This document shows positions 14,741 through 27,109 of a DNA stretch of 64,000 bases, one piece after another (the first letter of the stretch is position 1; the number at the start of each line of letters is the position of its first letter). A model generated the notes under the pieces. It saw nothing but the letters and a program-made list of their open reading frames with translations. It had not been told where the DNA came from and did no database searches. Position numbers and translations under genes: made by a program. Origin of the DNA: Octopus bimaculoides (Eukaryota); assembly GCF_001194135.2 (NCBI RefSeq), contig NC_068997.1, forward strand, positions 22,459,115 to 22,523,114. The letters run 5' to 3'.

Positions 14741-15133
14741 NNNNNNNNNNNNNNNNNNNNNNNNNNNNNNNNNNNNNNNNNNNNNNNNNNNNNNNNNNNN
14801 NNNNNNNNNNNNNNNNNNNNNNNNNNNNNNNNNNNNNNNNNNNNNNNNNNNNNNNNNNNNNNNNNNNNNNNNNNNNNNNNNNNNNNNNNNNNNNNNNNNN
14901 NNNNNNNNNNNNNNNNNNNNNNNNNNNNNNNNNNNNNNNNNNNNNNNNNNNNNNNNNNNNNNNNNNNNNNNNNNNNNNNNNNNNNNNNNNNNNNNNNNNN
15001 NNNNNNNNNNNNNNNNNNNNNNNNNNNNNNNNNNNNNNNNNNNNNNNNNNNNNNNNNNNNNNNNNNNNNNNNNNNNNNNNNNNNNNNNNNNNNNNNNNNN
15101 NNNNNNNNNNNNNNNNNNNNNNNNNNNNNNNNN

Positions 15134-15169
<36 letters not shown>

Positions 15170-16042
15170 GATCTCTGATATATGTATAAATGAATTCTTT
15201 TTCATAAACATATATATTTATACACCTTAGTATATACTATTTTAGAATGTCTGTTGTTATCATGTATATGTATATATTATATGTATATCTACATGAGCAT
15301 CTATATATCATATTTTTGCATATATTCATATGTACACGTTTCTGTGTCCGAGTACACATAGATAAACTCATAAACTCTCACACACACACACACACACCTG
15401 TTTTATCCAGACTATCTCTGCCCACTTTTTCTCCCCCTCTCTATCTATAGACTTTTCTTACTGCGTTTTTCCGCTTCTTAATTTCCAAATCAACTTTTTC
15501 AATAGAAGCGTTTTGTTAAAACGTTCCCACCTACAACTTTGCTTAACCATGTGTGAGTTTATTTCTAATATTGTAGCTTTTTATTGCCCCACCATCACCA
15601 TCATCAACACCACTTTCTCTTCTCAGTCACTCAATCACATCTACATGCTTTTACTTACTCATGCATCTCTCTATATTTCTGACATACCCCGCTCTTTGTT
15701 TCATTCTCTCTCTTCCTCTCACTAAATCATTTAGGACCCCACCCACTTACTAACAATGGTTTCTCCCTACTTACTCTTTCTTCTTTTAATTTTGTCTCCA
15801 GATTTCGCTCCACTCCAATGAGTTTTGTAGTTCTCTTGTCATCTTGTAGCTATTTATTTTTGCAGAAAACAAAGAAAATATAAAGAAAAATTGTCTGTTT
15901 ATAACACTACAAAATTGCGCTTGCTATAAGTAAACGTAGATATGGACAAATAAAACGCAAGTATGTATGTTAGCACGTACGTATATAGGTATTTAGACAG
16001 GGTCTTGGTACGTACACACGCGTGGAAATATATAAGTACTCT

Positions 16043-16077
<35 letters not shown>

Positions 16078-16431
16078 NNNNNNNNNNNNNNNNNNNNNNN
16101 NNNNNNNNNNNNNNNNNNNNNNNNNNNNNNNNNNNNNNNNNNNNNNNNNNNNNNNNNNNNNNNNNNNNNNNNNNNNNNNNNNNNNNNNNNNNNNNNNNNN
16201 NNNNNNNNNNNNNNNNNNNNNNNNNNNNNNNNNNNNNNNNNNNNNNNNNNNNNNNNNNNNNNNNNNNNNNNNNNNNNNNNNNNNNNNNNNNNNNNNNNNN
16301 NNNNNNNNNNNNNNNNNNNNNNNNNNNNNNNNNNNNNNNNNGTGTTTATATACATATACTCATATAAATTCATACATACATACATACATACATACATACA
16401 TACATACATACATACATACAAACACACACAT

Positions 16432-16496
<65 letters not shown>

Positions 16497-16675
16497 AAAC
16501 TTTACAGAAATAAAGTCTGAGATGATTAGGTCGGTCTTCGTAGTAAAAATTTAACCGGCGTTATATGCAACAAGAATGCATATATGCACTAAATGCCTAT
16601 ATAAGACGTTCTGCCATCGTATCTTTCGCAGTATTCTAACTTCTAGTACAACACCCACTTTAAATTGGAGATGAT

Positions 16676-17125
16676 CACCACCGGGAATGATTAAATAACG
16701 AACAGCAAAGTACTTGGGAGTTGATATCAATGAAATACTTGCTTCCTCTGATTTGATGCTTTGTTTATATGTTAGACATCAACTTCCGGTGTTGATAATA
16801 AATAAATAACCTTGAAGCACTGCAACCGATATGATCGATTATATAGCTTCCCAAACTATGAGATGATATAGCTACGCTAGATCTGAATATAAGAGGATGA
16901 TAGAATAAATACATAGGAAGTATCGTTCTCAATATTTTTATATATTCTCTTCCTTCAAATGTGATGCCACATGCCTGTTAAAATTAATCAACTTCCGGGT
17001 TTGATAATCGATAGATACTACTAGAAGACTTCAAGTGTTATAATCGATTGTATCTCTTCCCAAAATCTGATGCTATGTGGCATTATTATTAAACAACTTC
17101 CGAGTTTGATAATAGATAAACAAAA
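16676..17125. repeat. degenerate ~104-bp tandem repeat (about 4.5 units)
   Basis: Core caacttccg(g/a)nnttgataat at 16780, 16989 and 17094 (spacings 209 and 105); weaker unit at 16676; a second motif cttcc..a..tgatg recurs in the four complete units. Confidence 0.75.
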
Positions 17126-17201
17126 ATAAGTTACATGGATCGATATAATAACCAAATTGATTTTCTAGGTTCTGTTTTTCAACGTTTTAGGATCTGTTTA
17201 A

Positions 17202-17418
17202 GGCGATGAGCTTGTAGCATCCTTAGCGCGCCAGGCAAAATACTTAGCGGCACTTCGTCCGTCTTTGTATTCTGAATTCAAATGCTGCCACGGTCGACTT
17301 AGCATTTAATCCTTCTGCTGTCGATAAAATAAAGACCAGTAGATCACTGAGGTCGATGTAATCAATTAATCCCTTTCTCCGAAATTTGTGGCCTTGTACC
17401 AAAATTTGAAACCAAATA
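17202..17418 (+). mobile_element. tRNA-derived SINE, Nin/Deu-domain-like (family B), full length
   Basis: ggcgatgagcttgtag...gaattcaaatgctgcc head, central atcctt...gtcgataaaataaagaccag (Nin/Deu-like), 3' ggccttgtaccaaaatttgaaacc; homologous to 52667-52883 and 62003-62203. Confidence 0.85.
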
Positions 17419-17518
17419 TTTTAGGAATTGTGTCTATGTTAGAAAATTATAAGCTGTTGTAATATTGTACTGACGTAAAAATAAGAGGAAGAGAAAATGA
17501 AAAGTAAACATATACATG

Positions 17519-17856
17519 GGTACATGTGTGGCTGTGTGGTAAGATACTGTTTTCCTAACCACATAGTTCCGGGTACCATGTCGTATATATATATATATAT
17601 TCTTATTCTATTAGTCACTTTTGTCGAACCGATATATTACGGTGCGTATGTGTGTGTGTGTGAGTGTGTGTGTGTGTGTATTTGTGTGTCTGTGTTTTTC
17701 CCCGCTCCCACCGCTTGACAACCGATGTTGGGGTGTTTAATAAGCCGATCGAATGAGTTCTAAGTTTACAAAGAATTCCCGGGATCGATTTGTTCGACTA
17801 AAGGCGTTGCTCCAGCATGGCCACAGTCCAATGACTAAAACAGGTAAAAGAAAAAA
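17519..17856 (+). mobile_element. rearranged CORE-type SINE (family A)
   Basis: Head gtgtggctgtgtggtaag...gttccgg and tail cgcttgacaaccgatg...cgactaaaggcgttgctccagcatggccacagtc; middle deleted; inverted internal piece at 17601-17648. Confidence 0.85.
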
Positions 17857-17890
17857 AGGAAGAATGCACGAACGTGCAGGTCCGTGCGCA

Positions 17891-17930
<40 letters not shown>

Positions 17931-18474
17931 CACATCAATGCTCACACTAACGCACGCACACACAGAGATACGTGGGAGAGAGACACATGTCCACACCGGC
18001 ATACAAACATGTAAATAGAGATATTTACATAGACATATAGTAGACAACGAGCTTAACTGAGCAGGAATCGTTACAAATACTTGACTAGATAGACGATTAA
18101 GCTGGTTGGTTGGCCTGGCTTGCTGGCTGGCAGGCTGGCTGGCTGGCCGGCTGGCTGGTTGGCTGGTGATGGTGGTGGCAGTAGCAGTAGATATTAGTCT
18201 CTTTGAAAATATAAATTATACCAGTTAGCACAACCATATCTGTCTTCATAACCACACACAATGAACTATATTACTAGATTATATATATAGCGAGAATACA
18301 AAGCATGTAGAAAATTAAGTAAACAAACAATTGTTACTTCTTTTGTAACATCAAGAAATTGAAGTCACACGTTAAACTAAACATATAAAAGCTTATGCAG
18401 CCATTACAAAAAGAAAAACAAAAAACACACACATGCATACATACATACATACATACATACCTCCATACATATTC

Positions 18475-18527
<53 letters not shown>

Positions 18528-18796
18528 TATATATGTAAGTATACGGGGTGTTTGTTAATGTTTATTACATACTGTAAAATAAATGGCATGGATGATAGGT
18601 CACAAATGTTATATAGCAGTGATTTCTATGTGCTTTTGAAATGACTAATGTTGCTTCAGTTGAATTACATAGCTGTTGATATTATTAGCCTAACGATGTA
18701 TATATATATATATATTTTTTTTTTGACCATCAACAACAGTGCTGTTTTAATGGTACCACCACCACCAACACTACTACCACTACTACTACTACTTCA

Positions 18797-18804
18797 GATG
18801 ATGG

Positions 18805-18860
<56 letters not shown>
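18797..18860. repeat. (GAT)n trinucleotide repeat
   Basis: Direct reading; source of the spurious poly-Met and poly-Ile ORFs. Confidence 0.98.
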
Positions 18861-19637
18861 GCACCAAGAATAATGAACATTTCATTTTTAATAATGGGAA
18901 TAATAATAATAATGATGATAATGATGGAGCGGAAGAAGTGGAAGATAGTGGTGGTTAGAATATTATAGTCAGAAATGTATTCATGCTTATAGAAGTTATT
19001 TCTACATGATTGTTCGCAATTGGTATGAAGTGTATGTACATAGTTGTATCTAGTAATAATAGCATGTAGACAAATATGCTTGTATATGTGTGTGCGTGTG
19101 TGTTTATGTATATATAAAATATGTATACACATATGTACATATTTATATATTTAGTTTTATGCATCTATGTATATATGTATATATATATATATATGTATAT
19201 ATATGTCTGTATGTATATATATATATATATATATATATNNNNNNNNNNNNNNNNNNNNNNNNNNNNNNNNNNNNNNNNNNNNNNNNNNNNNNNNNNNNNN
19301 NNNNNNNNNNNNNNNNNNNNNNNNNNNNNNNNNNNNNNNNNNNNNNNNNNNNNNNNNNNNNNNNNNNNNNNNNNNNNNNNNNNNNNNNNNNNNNNNNNNN
19401 NNNNNNNNNNNNNNNNNNNNNNNNNNNNNNNNNNNNNNNNNNNNNNNNNNNNNNNNNNNNNNNNNNNNNNNNNNNNNNNNNNNNNNNNNNNNNNNNNNNN
19501 NNNNNNNNNNNNNNNNNNNNNNNNNNNNNNNNNNNNNNNNNNNNNNNNNNNNNNNNNNNNNNNNNNNNNNNNNNNNNNNNNNNNNNNNNNNNNNNNNNNN
19601 NNNNNNNNNNTAGATAGATAGATAGATAGATAGAAAT

Positions 19638-19674
<37 letters not shown>

Positions 19675-20014
19675 GTTTTCTCTTTATCTGCCCTTCTAAC
19701 AACTTTAATAAGACTGTATTGCCTATTTTCATCCATCATTATCTCCCTTCCGTACCATTCTTTTTAGCTCACTTCCTTATCATTATATTCATGCATATCT
19801 ATCTATCCTTCTATCTATCTATCTATTCACCTATCTATCCATCTATTTACATCTCTATCTATCCATCTATTTACATCTCTATCTATCTATCTACGTACCT
19901 GCGTGCCTATCTGTCCGTGTATGTTTGTGTGTATATATCAGTCTCTTTCTCTCTCTACTGCTCACTCTATCTCTCTGTACATAAATGTATTTACTTTTCT
20001 ACCTTACTATCAGT

Positions 20015-20081
<67 letters not shown>

Positions 20082-20202
20082 ACAGTCTGTCTGTCTGTCT
20101 GTCTGTCTGTCTCTGTCTCTCTCTCTCTCTCTGTCTATTTATCTAGCTACATAGCTATATATCTGTCTGTCTATCTTATCTCTCTCTCTCTCTCTATCTA
20201 TA

Positions 20203-20248
<46 letters not shown>

Positions 20249-20650
20249 AAGATATGTGTGTGTGTCTATGTTTGTATGTATGTATGTATGTATGTATGTG
20301 TGTGTGTACGTGTGTGTGTGTGTGTGTATAACTCTATTCTGGATATCCAAGCATCCGGATGTCTCAGTATGTATATGTCTCTGTCTGACTATCACAGTTA
20401 CTTCTGTGTAGTATCAAGCACGTCTTATCCACCTAAGAAACCATCTGCTTTGTCAGCTTCAATTTTCCATTCTACAGCACTCTGTCTATTTTTTCTTATC
20501 CGTTTTCCTAGTTTTCTATCTTGCTGCTACCAATGTCGATTTAAAATATGACAGTACATATGTCTGTGTAAGTGTTTCATTCAACACACTGGTACACACA
20601 CACGTACACTCACAAATATTCTCTCTCTCTCTCTCTATATATATATACCC

Positions 20651-20860
20651 TTTTAGTCTTTTATTCGTTTCAGTCATTTGACTGCGGCCATGCTGGAGCA
20701 CCGCCTTTAGTCGAGCAAATCGACTCCAGGACTTATTCTTTGTAAGCCTAGTACTTATTTTATCGGTCTCTTTTGCCGAACCGCTAAGTTATGGGGACGT
20801 AAACACATCAGCATCGGTTGTCAAGCGATGTTGGAGGGACAAACACACACAGACACACAC
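20651..20860 (-). mobile_element. CORE-type SINE (family A), 3' half, truncated by gap
   Basis: cagtcatttgactgcggccatgctggagcaccgcctttagtcgag...gccgaaccgctaag...ggttgtcaagcg; closely matches 13690-13850. Confidence 0.9.
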
Positions 20861-21753
20861 ACACATATANNNNNNNNNNNNNNNNNNNNNNNNNNNNNNN
20901 NNNNNNNNNNNNNNNNNNNNNNNNNNNNNNNNNNNNNNNNNNNNNNNNNNNNNNNNNNNNNNNNNNNNNNNNNNNNNNNNNNNNNNNNNNNNNNNNNNNN
21001 NNNNNNNNNNNNNNNNNNNNNNNNNNNNNNNNNNNNNNNNNNNNNNNNNNNNNNNNNNNNNNNNNNNNNNNNNNNNNNNNNNNNNNNNNNNNNNNNNNNN
21101 NNNNNNNNNNNNNNNNNNNNNNNNNNNNNNNNNNNNNNNNNNNNNNNNNNNNNNNNNNNNNNNNNNNNNNNNNNNNNNNNNNNNNNNNNNNNNNNNNNNN
21201 NNNNNNNNNNNNNNNNNNNNNNNNNNNNNNNNNNNNNNNNNNNNNNNNNNNNNNNNNNNNNNNNNNNNNNNNNNNNNNNNNNNNNNNNNNNNNNNNNNNN
21301 NNNNNNNNNNNNNNNNNNNNNNNNNNNNNNNNNNNNNNNNNNNNNNNNNNNNNNNNNNNNNNNNNNNNNNNNNNNNNNNNNNNNNNNNNNNNNNNNNNNN
21401 NNNNNNNNNNNNNNNNNNNNNNNNNNNNNNNNNNNNNNNNNNNNNNNNNNNNNNNNNNNNNNNNNNNNNNNNNNNNNNNNNNNNNNNNNNNNNNNNNNNN
21501 NNNNNNNNNNNNNNNNNNNNNNNNNNNNNNNNNNNNNNNNNNNNNNNNNNNNNNNNNNNNNNNNNNNNNNNNNNNNNNNNNNNNNNNNNNNNNNNNNNNN
21601 NNNNNNNNNNNNNNNNNNNNNNNNNNNNNNNNNNNNNNNNNNNNNNNNNNNNNNNNNNNNNNNNNNNNNNNNNNNNNNNNNNNNNNNNNNNNNNNNNNNN
21701 NNNNNNNNNNNNNNNNNNNNNNNNNNNNNNNNNNNNNNNNNNNNNNNTATATA

Positions 21754-21784
<31 letters not shown>

Positions 21785-21949
21785 GTGTGTGTGTGTGTGT
21801 GTGTGTGTTACTCTTTTACATTTATTTATAACAACTATAAGTGCTCATATCAATCCCATTTATGCATGTGTATGTGTATATCAACAAATGTATTGACATA
21901 AGTCTAATTAAATCTGTGTGTATGTTTCTTTTCCGCACAATAAGCAGTT

Positions 21950-22130
21950 TTGGTTTGTTTACGCTTCTCTGACTTAGAGGTTCGGCACGAGAGATCGATA
22001 CGATATGCACGACATGACTTTAAAAATGATTAAGTACTGGAGACAATTTGTTCGACTAAACTCTTCAAGGCGGTGCCCTACCCAACATAGTCGGAAGTCG
22101 AAACTCATTCAATGGAACAATAAAAAAAAG
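21950..22130 (+). mobile_element. degenerate family A SINE tail
   Basis: gtttacg...acttagaggttcggcacgagagatcgata...atttgttcgactaaactcttcaaggcggtgccc matches the family A tail. Confidence 0.6.
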
Positions 22131-22713
22131 ATTGATTGTATAGTACAGTATTGCACAAAAATATATACACTCGCATAACATACATATACGCATGTATATA
22201 TTTAATGATAAATTATCGTTCGCTTCAACAAATCGGAAAGAAGCATGTGAGCGAATCCATATACACCATCAGACGGTATATTACAAGAGAATCCTTCTTT
22301 GCCTGAGGCCGAAAACTAAGAGAAAAAATATATTAAAAGATAAAATGTAAAATATAAAGAATAAAGCAAAACTGCGATCTAATCACTGAAGTAAATTTAT
22401 TTCTCTGCGACAGTAATTACATATTCGATTCTGGAGACATATTTATTCATTATCTATGCTCAACTGCTCAATTATATTATTGTACAGGTCTCTGTCTTTA
22501 GAGGGCGGTGATACCGTGGCACCGATCAGAATTCTTTTCCTTTTTTTTTTCTGACAAATATATTACCTCTGGTACTTAGTACCTTGTAAAATATTTGGCT
22601 ACTCTTATGGCAAGCCAGGAAACATCATATTGATTGGAAGATATCTATACAGAGTTCAAATGTTTAACCGTTCCCTCCTTCTCTCTCTTTTTATCTCTCT
22701 ATCAATCTATGTT

Positions 22714-22751
<38 letters not shown>

Positions 22752-23121
22752 NNNNNNNNNNNNNNNNNNNNNNNNNNNNNNNNNNNNNNNNNNNNNNNNN
22801 NNNNNNNNNNNNNNNNNNNNNNNNNNNNNNNNNNNNNNNNNNNNNNNNNNNNNNNNNNNNNNNNNNNNNNNNNNNNNNNNNNNNNNNNNNNNNNNNNNNN
22901 NNNNNNNNNNNNNNNNNNNNNNNNNNNNNNNNNNNNNNNNNNNNNNNNNNNNNNNNNNNNNNNNNNNNNNNNNNNNNNNNNNNNNNNNNNNNNNNNNNNN
23001 NNNNNNNNNNNNNNNNNNNNNNNNNNNNNNNNNNNNNNNNNNNNNNNNNNNNNNNNNNNNNNNNNNNNNNNNNNNNNNNNNNNNNNNNNNNNNNNNNNNN
23101 NNNNNNNNNNNNNNNNNNNNN

Positions 23122-23186
<65 letters not shown>

Positions 23187-23189
<3 letters not shown>

Positions 23190-23936
23190 GCGTGTTTCTG
23201 GGCACGGGCGATGTCGTGTTGGAACACATGATTTCGATGCCGTGCAAAGTATGACACAATGTGAGGCCTCAACACTTAGTCGATGTAGCAAGCAGCTACT
23301 CCATTACTCCAGCCTTGGCCGATGCTTTGTAAGATTACCGGTCCAAGTTTCTAACTTAGTGCAATTCCGCTCCATACCATGATGCTCTGTCCTCCTCATG
23401 AGTTTCACTCTACCACACATCCATCAGCGTGATGTTCAGTCCTTCTCCAAATTCTAGCTCTGCCATCTGCCACAGAGATGTAATACCGACTTTTGTCTAA
23501 GAAGACTACAGTCTTCCGCCGCTGATATCGCCAGTTCTGACATTTTTGAGCCCACTGCATCTGTGAGGATGGGGCCCCTAGGCGAACGTTGACAAGACAG
23601 ATTGAAAGATCTCAGCCGGCGGCGAACTGTCTCTGCACAAATGAGTCTGTGGTGAGTCCTTACGGTCTGCTTAGCTGATTCCGTTGCCCTACAGAACCGG
23701 TTCTGCATCTGCTGTCGTGAAGGTGGCAATCTTTACGGGCCGTTGTAAGTCTCGGCCGGCTACTGAGTGGACTTTCATCCGTGCTGTTTCTGGCATTATA
23801 TCGTTCCCTCAGCCGCTCAATTGTCCGAATACTGCAGTTCATATCATTAGCAATGATCCATGTACATTGACCGGTATGGAGACGTCCGATTGCGTGTTAC
23901 GTGTGGAGCGCTTTTGAAACAGAGACTAATCGTCAT
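23187..23936 (-). mobile_element. decayed Tc1 transposase (HTH to second catalytic Asp)
   Basis: Frameshifted translation: AIGRL..G...IANDMNCSIRTIERLRERY...SSRPRLTTARKD...AETVRRRLR...GPILT..QWAQKCQNW..VVFLDKSR...DGRARIWRR..GGQSIMVWSGI...YID*VLRPHIV...VFQHDIARA; several stops. Confidence 0.93.
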
Positions 23937-24081
23937 CCGAATCCATCTACACGACTTTAGTCGCTTCGAGGGTGTGTACGGTGAGCAAATTTATTACCAG
24001 ACAGCCCCGTCTGCGCACATGCTGTATGGATTAATGTATTTTAATTCCAATTCACATTCCTTGTATAGCTATATTTAAACG

Positions 24082-24245
24082 GAGATAATGATTGTAGCTG
24101 TTTAATCTCCAGGTCAAAACTGATCAAACAGATCTATAATTAAGAGACGTTTCAAACATGACCATCTCTCTTTTACGACAAGATATATGATATTATATTT
24201 AAGGTATTTAGCTGCTATTTCTAGCTTGTTGAGATACTGCATAGA
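24082..24245. mobile_element. dispersed repeat (family E, SINE-like)
   Basis: tttaaggtatttagctgctatttctagc recurs as gagatttggctgttctcccaagc (38438) and inverted as gctagaaacaacagtcaaatct (38086); the 5' part recurs at ~36005-36100. Confidence 0.5.
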
Positions 24246-26585
24246 TACTTGCTACTTTAACTGTTTCATATATTCTTGTAAAATTTAGTTTCAGTAGATG
24301 TGTTATTATGTGATGTGATAAGCATAGCCCATGCCACAACTTTTGCAGGTGTTTACCATGAAGGGAAGACCGTGACGTAACAACAGGGTTATCAAGTACA
24401 AGCGAGTTATATATCGACGATGATGTGAAGATCAATGGGGCTTTATCAAATAATCGATATTGAGTTACGAAGTATGTTTTGATGTTTTTATGGCAAACGT
24501 ATTTGAGATTTTGATGTGTTGGTCTGATTCTCTGTTGTGTGTATCTGTGACTGAGTGTCCGTCTGTGTTCATGTGTGTGTGCGTGTGCGTGTGTGTGTTT
24601 GTCTGTGTGTGTGTGTGTGTGTGTGCGCGCGCGCGTGTGACTGTTCTCTGCTGAGAACGTAAGCGTTCTCTACTAATTTTGTTTGAATAAATGCAAAATA
24701 TGGCACACAGTAGATAAAGGGCGATTAGCGGTCGTATATATANNNNNNNNNNNNNNNNNNNNNNNNNNNNNNNNNNNNNNNNNNNNNNNNNNNNNNNNNN
24801 NNNNNNNNNNNNNNNNNNNNNNNNNNNNNNNNNNNNNNNNNNNNNNNNNNNNNNNNNNNNNNNNNNNNNNNNNNNNNNNNNNNNNNNNNNNNNNNNNNNN
24901 NNNNNNNNNNNNNNNNNNNNNNNNNNNNNNNNNNNNNNNNNNNNNNNNNNNNNNNNNNNNNNNNNNNNNNNNNNNNNNNNNNNNNNNNNNNNNNNNNNNN
25001 NNNNNNNNNNNNNNNNNNNNNNNNNNNNNNNNNNNNNNNNNNNNNNNNNNNNNNNNNNNNNNNNNNNNNNNNNNNNNNNNNNNNNNNNNNNNNNNNNNNN
25101 NNNNNNNNNNNNNNNNNNNNNNNNNNNNNNNNNNNNNNNNNNNNNNNNNNNNNNNNNNNNNNNNNNNNNNNNNNNNNNNNNNNNNNNNNNNNNNNNNNNN
25201 NNNNNNNNNNNNNNNNNNNNNNNNNNNNNNNNNNNNNNNNNNNNNNNNNNNNNNNNNNNNNNNNNNNNNNNNNNNNNNNNNNNNNNNNNNNNNNNNNNNN
25301 NNNNNNNNNNNNNNNNNNNNNNNNNNNNNNNNNNNNNNNNNNNNNNNNNNNNNNNNNNNNNNNTATATATATATATATATATATATATATGTTAAATCTC
25401 TGAACGAGGTAATAACAGTAACTGCACTACAACGTGGAGTATACTTGCCACTTAAATGCGGCTAAACCCTAAGGGTGGATGATAATGTACAAACCCCCGG
25501 TATATATATCTTCAATCAACAACCTCACGATATTGTATACTGTGCAACGTCTATAATAATAATAATGATAATACTAATAATAATGATTGTTTCAAAGTTA
25601 GGTACAATCCCAGTAATTCTAAGAAGGGTCGTTCAATCGTTATCATCAACCACAATAGTTGAACAAGGAACACGAGAAAGAAAAACATATCAACAATGAC
25701 GGCGACGACGGCCATAACACGAACCGCGATGGCGACGACAATAAAAATATTGAATTTGTTGTCGTCTGCAACAGCAACTCAAACGCAAAATGCTGTTTTT
25801 TTTGTTTTTTTTTTTTTGTTTGTGTGAATTCGTGCAGTCAGTGATTTATACATACACGCAGGCACACTTACAACTACGCGCACAGAAGCAAAAAAACAAA
25901 TACACACACATACATAGTTGTTTGAAAGGGAATTAACTAAATATTCGTGTGTGTGTGTCATTATGTATGGGGGGGGGGCTTGTTCAGGTAGGTGGTTATG
26001 GATCAATTATAGATGAAAGATCACACAGAAGTCAGAGATGAAGAAAGACCTCTTACACGCCGTTGTTGCAAATGTTACATTTTAAGTTAATGCTTTCTGC
26101 CATCTGGCAAAACATTTTATTAATGTTGATAACAATTCTTCAAGTCCTCCTCCCATGTGAATAAAATCGATGATCCACTGAATAACACCTGATTGATTAT
26201 ATAAAAGGTGATAGCGAATCATTACACAAGCTTCAGATGAATTATATATGCTTCGTGATATATAGGAGATGCAAAAAATAAAGCAACAACATTATAATCT
26301 TACAAATGCCTACACATAAACAAACACATTGAAATATAAACATGGTGGTTTCGACTACAACAAAGAAATGATTTGCAATAATTGTTCCGGATCTTTGCAT
26401 TTTGAGTTCAAATTTTGGTGTCGAGGTCAAGTTCAACTGTTCAACCGTTTAGTATTGATTAAGAAAATATGAACTATCTCTGTGGAGCTGGGGTACCGTC
26501 GATTCTCACCCTCACACACTTTCTCTCTGTTTCTTTCTCTTATATATATATATATATATATATACATACACTTATTCTAACTTAC

Positions 26586-26779
26586 GAATTTAAGTTCTCT
26601 GCGATGTGAGAGTGTCTTGAGGCATCGCTTATAGCGTTGTTCCCTATCTCCAAGATATGAACGAAGTTTGAAAGAGAGGGTAGATATTTTTCGTTTCATC
26701 TTTAATGAAAACCGTCCACAAGATAGCGGACGTGACGAAATTTTGAGACTATAACAGAAATTGTAACGCAAATGACCAA
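26586..26779 (-). other. candidate internal exon (194 nt) of unidentified transcript
   Basis: Acceptor aaattcaatttcag| and consensus donor |GTAAGT; one frame is open throughout (phase 1 to 0): xGHLRYNFCYSLKISSRPLSCGRFSLKMKRKISTLSFKLRSYLGDREQRYKRCLKTLSHRRELKF. No homology recognised. Confidence 0.3.
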
Positions 26780-26789
26780 CTGAAATTGA

Positions 26790-26840
<51 letters not shown>

Positions 26841-27109
26841 GCGTGCGTGCGTGCGTGCGTGTGCGTGTGTTTGTGTGTATGTGTATAACACATTTAAAAT
26901 GATAGATTATATGGTTCATCATTGTCTATTTTGTTATTATTTTATACATGACTGGGTGAACACATTCATTACATGATTTGTTTGTACACAGAATTCCCAG
27001 ATGACTTTTTACCGTAATAATATGTGATAATAGATTCTGATTGGATATCGGGCTGTTTTCTTCCATGTTTGAGCCAAATTCCCTATTAACATGGTATCAT
27101 ATCTATTTT

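Noticed and set aside
16676-17125. Ankyrin-repeat interpretation of the 104-bp repeat (HIASDFG...LSNPEVD)
   Set aside because: Spacing between the HxA..G and L..P.VD motifs does not fit the 33-aa ankyrin consensus, and frames contain stops.
16676-17125. CRISPR-like array
   Set aside because: The inter-core sequences are homologous to each other rather than unique spacers, the context is eukaryotic, and there are no cas genes.
17202-17290. tRNA genes at SINE heads (also ~14170-14239, 29008-29070, 34190-34262)
   Set aside because: A/B-box-like motifs continue into SINE bodies and no complete cloverleaf is evident.
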